Source of the DNA: a virus
Lineage: Duplodnaviria > Caudoviricetes
IMG/VR virus record: IMGVR_UViG_3300024255_000034
Span: 1-53,180 of that record
DNA length: 53,180 nucleotides
Direction: 5' to 3' (one strand)
Positions within the stretch are counted from its first letter, which is position 1. Every line of letters begins with the position of its first letter. The position numbers and the translations under genes were made by a program. The notes beneath the pieces were generated by a model. It was not told the origin of the DNA. It made no database searches and was given only the letters and a program-made list of their open reading frames with translations. Positions 19,523 to 30,500 of the stretch are shown piece after piece.

Positions 19523-22500
19523 ATGAAAGAATATGCAACAGATAGTCTAAGTTCTAGACTTCCAAATCTCTTACCTGAATTTGTAAGAGAGGAAAGTCCT
19601 GCACTTGAGGCATTTCTAAAGTCATATTTTGAATACTTAGAAGCAGAGATAATTACATTATCTTCGCAATCAGTTCTTGATAATTTAAGTTTGGAAGATG
19701 GTATCGGAGACCTATTATTGGAATCCGATACCAGTTTTTCACCGACTTCAGAGTCATCTAAAATTATTACAGAACAATCAATTTTAAATCCAACATTATT
19801 AGCCTCTCCATTTACTAAAGGAGAATATGTTGTTGGTACTAAATCTAAATCCGTTGCAAGAATTGATATTGTAATTGAGGATAAGATTTATGTAAACACT
19901 ATATCAGGAAATGGTTTCTTAAAAGGAGAAACAATTACTGGTAGAGAATCAAAACAAACAGGTGTAGTTGGAAGTTTTAAACAGAACTCTGTTCTTGCAA
20001 ACAATAAACTATTAGACTACTCTGATATTGATAGAACCTCTGAAGAGTTTTTACAATACTTCCAAAATGATTTTATACCTTCATTAGATATAGGTTCTAC
20101 TGTTGACCGAAGGTTAACAATAAAACACATTAAAGATTTATATCAGACAAAAGGAACTGCAGAATCTGTACAGTTCTTAATGAGACTGTTGTATGGTCAA
20201 GACGCAACTATTAGATACCCCGACAATGAAACAATATATCTAAACGAATCAGACTATAGTCAAGTAAGAAGAATGAGGGTGGAAGTTGTATCTGCACCCC
20301 CACAACAAACAGATAGAATTATTCAGTATCAAGGTGATACTAAAATAATCGAGGCAGAATCAGTCGTAGAAAATGTATTTGTAGATTCTGTTGAAGAAAG
20401 AAAATATTCAATAGAGATTACAGATAATCATATTGGTAACTTTACACAAGGCTCTACCGTCACATTTATAGACCGTGATGGTATTACAGAATATACTGGA
20501 ACTGTTATAGGGGTTGTTAATGATGTATCAGACGAATCATCTTCGACCTACATATCGCATAATGATAGTGGGGACTTACTATTAGAAACAGGTGGTGGTT
20601 TATTACTAGAAGAATCATCAATAGGTTCATTGTATTCATTTAATGATAAGGTATTCTTTGCAGGTAGTAAGGATAACACGAATGCTTCAGAATGTCAAGC
20701 AAGAGTTGACGGTTTATCTAAAGGTGGTATTACAGAAATTTTCATTGAGACAGGTGGTCAAAACTATGAAGGTGGAGACCTAATTGTATTTGACAACACT
20801 GGAACATCAGGCGGTGGTGCAGAAGCGGTAATCGGTTCAGTAGGAGACGAAGTATTACTAGAAGGTGGTTCTACATTTGGACATTATGAAGTCACTGCAA
20901 CTGCAGGTCAAACTCTAGTGGGTGGGCCTGGTGTTAGAGACGACAATGGCAATCTAATTATATTCAACGATAATACACTTAAAGTTTTTGTTGATGATGT
21001 ATTACAAACACCAAACACATCATATACTGAAAGAGACTATTCACATAAAAACGATAGAGTGACATTTACTAATGCTCTTTCTGCTGGTCAGAGAGTTGAC
21101 ATGTATACTGAGTTCAATCAATTATTATATGAAGACGGAGAAGAGATAAACTTAGAAACTACTGTTGGTAATATTAGAAGTGTTAAAATATTAAGTGGTG
21201 GTGCAGGTTATGAATCAATTCCTACTGCATTCCCAGGCGGATACATTTACTTTGACGACCTTAGTGGATTTGTTTTAAATGAAGTTTTGACTGGTGGAAT
21301 ATCTAATGCAACAGCAACTATTATAAAAATAGAAGAAGATAAGAAACGAGTAGTTGTAAAAAGATTATCAACTGATACTGGTACATTCCAAAATGCTGAA
21401 ACAATCAATGGTGGAACATCTCTTACTGCACGTGCAAACACACAAGTAAGTGTTTCAAGTGGTACAGGTGGTAAGATATTCTGTTTCTCAGATGAGATTG
21501 GTGGAATTAAATCACTAAACATTATTGAACAAGGTAGAGACTATACAGAAGATTCAGTAGTATCAAACAAATCTGTATTCCCCATGTTGATTACTACACC
21601 AACTAATACTTTAAACAAAGGTGTGACCATTACAGGTCAATCATCAGGAACAACAGCTGAGATTGTTGACTATGATGCAGATAGACACATATTAAAGTAT
21701 ACAAATTTAGACGGACACTTCTTAATAGACGAAGTTGTCACATACCAAAACACCGACCAATTTGAGGTAATGAAATCCAACCCATTTAATGCAAGAGGTA
21801 AGTTTGGTGGTGAAGGTATAATACAAGAACAATTCTTAACAGACAAAGGACATATAAACGCATCTGCAACAAACCTTCAAGACAGTAGATACTATCAAAC
21901 TCATTCATATGTTATTAAGGTTGGAGAATCAATTAACAAATATAGGTCTGCAGTTAAAGACCTACTTCACCCTGCTGGACATATATTCTTTGGTGAGGTT
22001 GCATTAGAAAATTCAATTAGTGGACAAACAAGAACCTCTAAGTTCCAACCAACAATTATTATGGTAATGGAACCTGTTCTTTCTGTATCAAATGCTTTTG
22101 CAAATTCATTAAGAACATATCTCTTACATGCAGATATGTCTGCAACAGGCCCCGAAGGTGGTATTGGTCTATTGACGCTTGACGAAGCAGGACAACCTGT
22201 ATATAATACAGACCCTAGAACTGGTGGTGCAATAACAGAACCCAATACAGAATATGGTGACTCTAAAATGAGAAACCGTCATATGAACATTCTGAAGATT
22301 GTAAACAAATCTATACCTTCAGTTAGAAATGATAATGTAAGAGGAGTTGTTCGTTCAGTAGGTTCTATCAATCTAATGGACAATCAAGATACACTAGACT
22401 ACCATAATAGAAAATTTGTAGCCGCAGACCAAGGTAAAATAGTAGATTTGTATCAACCAAGTGAAGAAATTTTAGTAATGGAAGACGGAAGTAAGATAGA

Positions 22501-23050
22501 ACTTGAAGAAGAAGCATGTATCATGAGATTTGAAGAAAGAAGATTTGCAGAAGTCAAGGGAGAGGCTGGGGATAGAATTATATCTGAAGACAATGAGACT
22601 TTAATACGATTAGAATCTGCAACAACTACAGAAGAAATACAATATTTTGTATCAGAAAGAAATCCCGACCTAAATGATAAGTATACTCTATTTGAAAATG
22701 GAGATAGAATTGTATTTGAGGACGAAAGTGCAATGATTGATGAACAATCATCCGATTCTTCCGTACCTTCTACTACATTTGCATCGTTTGGAACAAACTT
22801 TAAATCCCTAAATACCATTACAGGACAAAGAATATACGATATATCATATTACCTAAAAGATGAAACTGATGGTGATGATATAGTATTAGAAGATGGGTAT
22901 GGAAACATTCTAAGTGAAGAGTCTAAACCCGAAGGTTTGAGAATTAGTGACTTAAATGATTACTATCCTAACCTATTCATTCCCGAATTTGAAAAAAGGG
23001 AGTTAAAAAGAACAAATATTACATATAGTGCATACATAAAGTCTGCCTAG
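19523..23050 (+). CDS. gp7: Baseplate wedge initiator (gp7-like)
   Basis: LPEFVREE, FLKSYFEYLE, LYQTKGT, LQDSRYYQTHSYVIK and LLHPAG motifs; lies between gp6 and gp8. Confidence 0.8.
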   Translation: MKEYATDSLSSRLPNLLPEFVREESPALEAFLKSYFEYLEAEIITLSSQSVLDNLSLEDGIGDLLLESDTSFSPTSESSKIITEQSILNPTLLASPFTKGEYVVGTKSKSVARIDIVIEDKIYVNTISGNGFLKGETITGRESKQTGVVGSFKQNSVLANNKLLDYSDIDRTSEEFLQYFQNDFIPSLDIGSTVDRRLTIKHIKDLYQTKGTAESVQFLMRLLYGQDATIRYPDNETIYLNESDYSQVRRMRVEVVSAPPQQTDRIIQYQGDTKIIEAESVVENVFVDSVEERKYSIEITDNHIGNFTQGSTVTFIDRDGITEYTGTVIGVVNDVSDESSSTYISHNDSGDLLLETGGGLLLEESSIGSLYSFNDKVFFAGSKDNTNASECQARVDGLSKGGITEIFIETGGQNYEGGDLIVFDNTGTSGGGAEAVIGSVGDEVLLEGGSTFGHYEVTATAGQTLVGGPGVRDDNGNLIIFNDNTLKVFVDDVLQTPNTSYTERDYSHKNDRVTFTNALSAGQRVDMYTEFNQLLYEDGEEINLETTVGNIRSVKILSGGAGYESIPTAFPGGYIYFDDLSGFVLNEVLTGGISNATATIIKIEEDKKRVVVKRLSTDTGTFQNAETINGGTSLTARANTQVSVSSGTGGKIFCFSDEIGGIKSLNIIEQGRDYTEDSVVSNKSVFPMLITTPTNTLNKGVTITGQSSGTTAEIVDYDADRHILKYTNLDGHFLIDEVVTYQNTDQFEVMKSNPFNARGKFGGEGIIQEQFLTDKGHINASATNLQDSRYYQTHSYVIKVGESINKYRSAVKDLLHPAGHIFFGEVALENSISGQTRTSKFQPTIIMVMEPVLSVSNAFANSLRTYLLHADMSATGPEGGIGLLTLDEAGQPVYNTDPRTGGAITEPNTEYGDSKMRNRHMNILKIVNKSIPSVRNDNVRGVVRSVGSINLMDNQDTLDYHNRKFVAADQGKIVDLYQPSEEILVMEDGSKIELEEEACIMRFEERRFAEVKGEAGDRIISEDNETLIRLESATTTEEIQYFVSERNPDLNDKYTLFENGDRIVFEDESAMIDEQSSDSSVPSTTFASFGTNFKSLNTITGQRIYDISYYLKDETDGDDIVLEDGYGNILSEESKPEGLRISDLNDYYPNLFIPEFEKRELKRTNITYSAYIKSA

Positions 23051-23053
23051 TGT

Positions 23054-23061
23054 TATAAATA
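23054..23061 (+). promoter_or_regulatory. Late promoter before gp8
   Basis: TATAAATA followed by a leader with GAGGAG. Confidence 0.8.
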
Positions 23062-23090
23062 GTATTAAATATCTGAGGAGATAAAGAAAA

Positions 23091-24554
23091 ATGGCAGCAA
23101 TTATAACAGAGAAGTTTCGTACACATAATGCGAAACAATTTAAAGAGGACTTCGGTGAAAGTGCCTCATCAACATACATTTTCATAGGTCGTTCCCATTC
23201 ATGGGCAGACGATACTTCCCCACCAGTTCCAGTAAACGGAACAAGTGAGGAAATGGATTCATTTTCAGATATGCTTTCTATGAAGAAAGTGTCTACTGCA
23301 GACGTTTCTCATGCATTAACAAGATATGATTGGACAACAGGAACTACATATGATGAATATGCACATGACATTAGTTCTTCAGAAACTTCATCAGGTTCAA
23401 GTGCAAACAACCTATTCAGTTCTAAGTTTTATGTTTTAACAGACGACTATAATGTTTACAAATGTATCAGAACAGGAAGAAATTCTTCAGGTGCAACAGT
23501 TGCTTCAACTGTAAAACCAACTGGAACAAGTGCAACAGACCTAGTGTATACCTCAGACACTGGTGCAGCTGCAGGATATATTTGGAAGTACATGTATACA
23601 GTATCTGCTGCTGATACAATTAAGTATGTTACTTCAGACTTTATCCCAGTAAAAACATTGGGTGCTAAAACTGCTGTTGCTGGTACAGGAACAAACGGTC
23701 AGTTAGGTTCAACTGCAACAAACGACTCATCTTCACTATGGGATGTAGAAAACTCTGCAACTTCAGGTGCAATCTACCATGTAAGAGTAGATAATGCTGG
23801 TTCAGGTTATACGCCTGGAACATATACTAGTGTTGCTATAGACGGTGACGGTTCAAGTGCAACTTGTTCAGTAACTGTTGGTTCTGGCGGTGGTATCACA
23901 TCTGTTTCAGTAACTACATCTGCATATGGTTCAGGTTATAAACGTGCATCTATTGATGTTGCAGGTATATCAGGAATCGGAAGTGGTTCAAGTGCAATAT
24001 TAACACCAATTATATCACCTATGAACGGACATGGTGCAGACCCAGTTGAAGAACTAGGTGGAAACTATGTAATCGTAAACTCAAGATTTGAGTTTAACGA
24101 AGGTTCGGGTGACTTCCCAACAGATAACGATTTCAGAAGAATAGGTTTATTACAAGACCCATTCAGTGCAGGAACAACAACAGTTGCAACTGCAACAACA
24201 CTTGGTGCATATTATAAGATGACATTATCAAGTGTTTCAGGACTATCCGTAGATGATATTATTCTTAATGCATCTTCAGACGGTAATGGAGTTGCAGTGT
24301 CAAGAATTATATCAATTAATGGTTCAGTTCTATCACACCAACCTATTGCAAATAGTGACGGTGGGTATGTAAACTTTGCACAAAACGATACTGTTTTTAA
24401 AAGTGGTGCCACCATTGGTAATGCTGATACAATAGATGCAACATTCCCCGAAGTTGAAAGATTTACAGGTAATATTCTGTATATTGAAAACAGGGGTGCT
24501 GTGACTAGAGCTGCAGACCAAATCGAAGATATTAAATTAATTATAGAAATGTAA
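23091..24554 (+). CDS. gp8: Baseplate wedge subunit
   Basis: MAAIITEKFR, YVLTDDYNVYKC, GYIWKYMY, GHGADPVEELGG and QIEDIKLIIE motifs. Confidence 0.9.
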   Translation: MAAIITEKFRTHNAKQFKEDFGESASSTYIFIGRSHSWADDTSPPVPVNGTSEEMDSFSDMLSMKKVSTADVSHALTRYDWTTGTTYDEYAHDISSSETSSGSSANNLFSSKFYVLTDDYNVYKCIRTGRNSSGATVASTVKPTGTSATDLVYTSDTGAAAGYIWKYMYTVSAADTIKYVTSDFIPVKTLGAKTAVAGTGTNGQLGSTATNDSSSLWDVENSATSGAIYHVRVDNAGSGYTPGTYTSVAIDGDGSSATCSVTVGSGGGITSVSVTTSAYGSGYKRASIDVAGISGIGSGSSAILTPIISPMNGHGADPVEELGGNYVIVNSRFEFNEGSGDFPTDNDFRRIGLLQDPFSAGTTTVATATTLGAYYKMTLSSVSGLSVDDIILNASSDGNGVAVSRIISINGSVLSHQPIANSDGGYVNFAQNDTVFKSGATIGNADTIDATFPEVERFTGNILYIENRGAVTRAADQIEDIKLIIEM

Positions 24555-24559
24555 TTATC

Positions 24560-24576
24560 GGGGACTTAGTGTCCCC
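24560..24576 (+). other. Intergenic hairpin GGGGAC-TTAGT-GTCCCC
   Basis: 6 bp GC stem without a U tract; same GGGGACTTAG core as the 39083 terminator. Confidence 0.5.
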
Positions 24577-24593
24577 ACAACAGGTTAAGGAAT

Positions 24594-27500
24594 ATGCCAG
24601 AAAAAACTGATTTAAATATAGCACCGTATTATGATGACTTTTCGGAAGATAAGAAATTCAATAAAGTTCTTTTTAGAGCGGGTCGTCCATTACAGTCTAG
24701 AGAACTAACTCAAACACAATCCATATTACAAAATCAAATTGAAAGATTTGGTTCTCATATGTTTGAAGAGGGGTCTTTAGTCACTGGTGCAGAATCGGAT
24801 GTAGATTTAGAAATATTTTATGTAAAGGTAAATTCTGCAAACCCAAATTCAAATGGTTCTGCAAATGTCGAAGACTACAGAACAACATTTCATAATAAAT
24901 TTCTAAGAGGTAAATCTTCAGGTGTTGTTGGTAAAGTATTTACTTCAAGTGAAGAAACAACTGATGATGCAATTACATTATTCGTAAAATTCCATTCACA
25001 AGGTACTGATGCAAATAACTCAGTAGTTTTTTATTCAGGTGAAGAATTACAAGAGTGTACATTAGGTGAAGATGGAACAGTCACTGTAAATAGTGCTAAT
25101 AATAATGAGTTTACAATTAAACCTAAAACAGATAGCCCAGTTGGTCGTTCTTCAATTGCAAGTATATCAGAAGGTATTATATTTGCCAGAGGATTCTTTT
25201 GTAAGGTTGATGCACAAACATTAATTTTAGAAAAGTATTCAGGTAAACCAACATACAGAGTAGGTCTAACAATTGCAGAAAGTCTTTTATCTTCTGCAGA
25301 CGATACAAGTCTTTTAGATAACTCTTCAGGTACAACAAACGAAAATGCAGCTGGTGCTGATAGACTTAAAATAGATTTTACATTATCTAAGTACACACTT
25401 GATACTGCTAATGATGTAGACTTTATAGAACTTGTCAGGGTCAATAAGGGTATTATAGAATTAAAAATCACTAGACCGATATACAATGAGATAGAAAACT
25501 CAATGGCACGAAGAACATTCGATGCAAATGGTGATTTCGTTGTAAGACAATTTACACATAGTTTAAGAGAACATTTAGACGACACTACAAACAGAGGATA
25601 TTATACTTCAACTAATGGTGGAGATGTAAATAAATTTGTAATGCAAGTATCGCCTGGTAAAGCATATGTAAAAGGATATGAGATAGACAAAATTGGAACA
25701 ACACCAATACCTTTCAGTAAGGCAAGGTCTACAGTCACACTAAACAACACAAACACTCCAGTCAGACTTGGAAACAAATTAAGAATTACAAATGTTCACT
25801 CTTTACCCGAGTTTGGTAACGAAAGTGGAGATGCAAGTATATCACCATTTAAAGAAGTAACACTTTGGGATACTACAATATCAAGTAGTGGAACAGAACC
25901 TACAACTGGAAAAATTGGTTTTGCAAGATTAAGAAATATAGACCTTCAAGAAGGTGTTGACTCAAGTAATGTATATACAGACGCAGCTGTTTGGAACTTA
26001 TACTTATTTGATATCAAAATGTTAACAAAACTAAGTGGTTCACTTAGTGGAACATTTACAGAAGGAGACCAAGTAGTTGGTGGAACTTCAGGTGCAACTG
26101 GTATTGTTTCATATACTACAACTGGTCAGTTATATGTTCATGACGTAGTAGGTACATTCGTAGTTAATGATGCAATCACAACTAATGGTACAACTAGTGG
26201 AACAACAACAGTCACTGCAGTAAGAAACTACAACATTGACCGTGCAAGAGGTATATCACAAGACCCAATAGATGCAGGTTCAACTATATTCACTGCAAAT
26301 GTTAAGGTAGACGCTTCTAAAGTTTTATTAGGAACATTGACATTTGGTACTAACACTGCAGTCACTGGTTTTGCAACATCATTCACAACAGAATTAAAAG
26401 AAGGTGATTTTATAGTAAACCCTGCAAGTGGTCAATCACTAGTAGTTGCAAGTGTCACTGATGATACTAACCTCGTACTTTCAAGTGCATCTTCAAGTGC
26501 ATATACAGGTAATGTTACAAGAAATCGTGCAACTTTATATAACCAAGACCAAACTGCTTCAGTATTTTCATGGCCAAGAGACTGGGTAAAAACACATTCA
26601 TGTGATTCTATTCAAGTAAGAAGACAACAAGTAGTTGATGTCTCAGGTGGTTCATTTACTATATCTACAGGTTCAAATGCAACCTTCGGTGCATTAAATA
26701 CCGATAACTTTACAATTGCAGTTGTAAATGCTTCTTCAGATGGAAGTGCATATGCTTTAGGAGACCTTTTAAACATAGAAGACTTAACAGGAACTGCAGC
26801 TTCAGATGGTGGTTCAGGTCAAACACTTACTAAATCAATTGCAAACAATAATGGTGCAAAACTTAAAATAACATTTACAGTTAACAGAACAAACCCAGCT
26901 TCTAGAAATAAGACATTGAGACAATCAAGATTACTTGGTGTTGAAAGTGCAAGAAGTGCTGGTGGATTCTTTGGTACTGCATATGATGATAAAGAAATTA
27001 CATTAGGTGTTGCAGACGTTCATAAAATTCATGCAATCTATGAAGGAGTAGGAGGAGCAACACCTCTACCACCTTCTTCATATTTCTCAGTAGATAGTGG
27101 AACCTTCCAAGTCTATGAAACAATCGTAGGACAAACTTCAGACGCACGTGCAATTCTTATTACATATAGTGGTTCACTTGCAACTTCATATTATAGAATG
27201 GTATCAGGTACATTTACAGAAGGTGAAAGTGTTGTTGGTCAAACTTCACTTGCAGTCGCAACAATTACTAGTGTATCACAAGGTTCACCCGATATCAAGT
27301 CTAGATTCTTCTTTGACAATGGACAAAGAGATGGGTTCTATGACCTTGCAAAAATTACAAGAAAGGTTGGGGAACCAGTTCCTTCAGGAAAAATACTAGT
27401 TGTATTTGATTATTTCACTTCAGATAGTGGAGACTTCTTTGATGTTGAGTCATATGACTCTATACCATATCAAGATATTCCAGTATACTCTCCAAGTAGA

Positions 27501-30500
27501 GTAGACTTAGGTGGTTTAGAACCCGATGGAACATTTGAACTTTCAGACGCAGTTGACTTTAGACCAGTTGTAGGACAAATTATTGGTACTTCAACATTTG
27601 GGACAACAAACACACAAGACCCAACTAACCCAGTAAACTTATCAAATTCTACAGAGGGTGCTGTTTATGCACCATTTGGATATGACACTGGTAGAGACTT
27701 CGGTTCTTCAAGAAGTGGTATAACTTCTACTGGTGCAAGTGCAAACGATACTCCAGTGACAGGTTCAAGTGTAGTTGGTGACATATCTTTTTATGTTGGA
27801 AGAATTGATAAAGTATTTTTACATAAGTCAGGGTCATTCCAAACGTCTTCAGGTATTCCTGCACTATCACCGACTAAACCAAAGGCTGTTGATGATGCAA
27901 TAGAATTATTTGAAGTTCAAATTCCTGCATATACTAAAAATTTAAAAAATATAAGGGTAAGAACACAAGACCATAGAAGATTTACAATGAAAGATATCGG
28001 TAAGATTAATAACCGTGTCACAAACTTAGAACGAATTACTGCATTATCTTTATTAGAAAGAGATACACAAACAAAACAAATTTTAGACGCAGACGGATTC
28101 GATAGATTTAAATCAGGATTTTTAGTAGATAACTTTAGAGGTCATAGAGTTGGTGATGTAAATCACCCCGACTATCAAAATAGTGTAGACACTAAACTTG
28201 GTGCAATGAGACCCAAGTCTTATTCACAATTCTTTGACATTGAATTTAATAGTGTATTATCATCAAACTTCCAAAAGACTGGAGACTTGATTACTTTACC
28301 TTATACACCTGAGACATATACAAATCAAGATAAGGCCTCAAGAACAATCAATGTTAATCCATATCATGTATTTAACTTCTTTGGAACAGTCAAGTTATCA
28401 CCCGAAACAGATATATGGAATGATACAGAACAATTACCCGAAGTAAGAATGAACAGAGAAGGAAACTTTGATGCAGTTCTTGCTGAAAATACAAACTCAC
28501 TAGGAACGGTTTGGAACTCATGGCAAACAACATGGGTTGGTGAACCTAATGTAGTATCAACAGAAGTGCAGGCCACTTCTAATGGTTCTTGGAGTGGAGA
28601 CCCAGCACAAGGTGGTGAATGGGTTGCAGGTTTATCCGTCACAAGAGAAGTCACTGAAACTGTAGAGACACAAACAAGAACAGGTGTTACAACAAGTGTT
28701 GTTGAAGACTTCGTAGAAACAAGAAACGATAGAGTTGTAAGTATAACAATAGTACCTTTCATGAGGTCTAGAACTATTGAGATAGATGCAACTAACTTAA
28801 AACCAAATACAAACCACTATTTCTTCTTTGACGGAATACGAGTTGATACATTTACTAAACCATTCAGTACAACATATTCACAAGACGGTGGAATCACAAC
28901 TACATCAGAATGTAAATCAGACGGTAATGGTAGACTTCGTGCATACTTTGAATTACCTAATAGTAATGCACAAAGATTCCCAACAGGACAAAGAGAACTA
29001 AGATTAACTTCTAGTTATTATGATTTATCAAACCCAGGCTCACAAGCGAGTGGTGTCTATCAGGCACAAGGTTTATTACAATCTAACCAAACAGAGATAA
29101 CATCTACAAGAAACGGTAGAGTGATATTAGAAAGAAACAATGGGACTAGACAAATAACTAGGGCTGGTGAGAGAATAAATGCACAAGTATTTGATACTGT
29201 ATCACCACCAGTACCACCAGTGCCAGAATTACCTATAATACCTGAGATTATACAAGACCCTGTACCAATCCCAACACCTCCACCATTCATTGCGGCACCA
29301 TTGCCAGCATTGGTTGAGCCAGAACCTTTCATTGCACCTCCAGTATTTATTCCTACTACAAGACAAATACTTGATATACCCGATAGACTAGAGGACAGAA
29401 GATTCTTTGATTTCCCATTAGAAAGAGGTTGGGGAGACCCACTTGCACAATCATTCTTAGTTGATAAATCAGGTGGCATGTTCGTGACATCTTTAGATTT
29501 ATACTTTGAGAAAAAAGATACAACATTACCAGTTTCTGTTGAAATTAGAAATATGGTAAATGGATATCCAGGCCAGACTGTAATACCTTTCTCAACAGTG
29601 ACTAAGAACCCAGGCGATGTAAACACTTCAACAGACGGTTCTGCAGTGACAACATTTACATTTGAATCTCCAGTTTACTTAGAAGAAGATTTTGAATATG
29701 CATTTGTTGTCTATTCTAACTCAAATGAGTATACTGCATTCATATCAAGAATGGGTGAGAAAGACCTCGCAACAAGTCAGACAATTTCAGGACAACCATA
29801 TGCAGGTTCATTATTTGTATCTCAGAATGCATCAACATGGACTGCAACACAAGAAGACGACCTTAAATTCCACATGAAGATTGCAAACTTTGATGTATCT
29901 AAGATACCAGTATTGAAATTTGAAAACAAAGCATTACCAGTTTCTACATTACAAACAAATCCTGTTGAGACATTTAGTGGTCAACAGTATGTAAAAGTTT
30001 ATAATTATACTCATGGTATGTACACAACAAATTCAAATGTGACCATTGCAGGAGTGACAGGCGATAAAGAGAATGGTGTATTAAATATTGCAACACCTTC
30101 AGTAAGTGGAACACCTAGTGATGGGACATTTAATGTGTCTCTTACTGGTGGAACAGGAACAGGTGCAACTGCAGAATTTACAGTCGCAAGTAATGTTATA
30201 ACTACTTCATACATAACAGACCCAGGCACAGGATATGCAACAACAGATACATTGTCTGCAACAAACTTTGACGGTGGAACTGCAGACTTAACAGTTGATA
30301 TAGATATAGTCGGAGATACACTAGGTGGAGTTCCAGTGGCCGCAATCAATCAAACATTTACTGCAGTTGCAAATATGGAAATAGATTCATTTACAGTAAT
30401 CCCCGATATATCCAGTTATGATGTTAAAACAACATACGCATCCAATGACTCAACAGTTGGTGGTGGAGAAAACGCAACTTCAACTAGAAACTATTACTAT

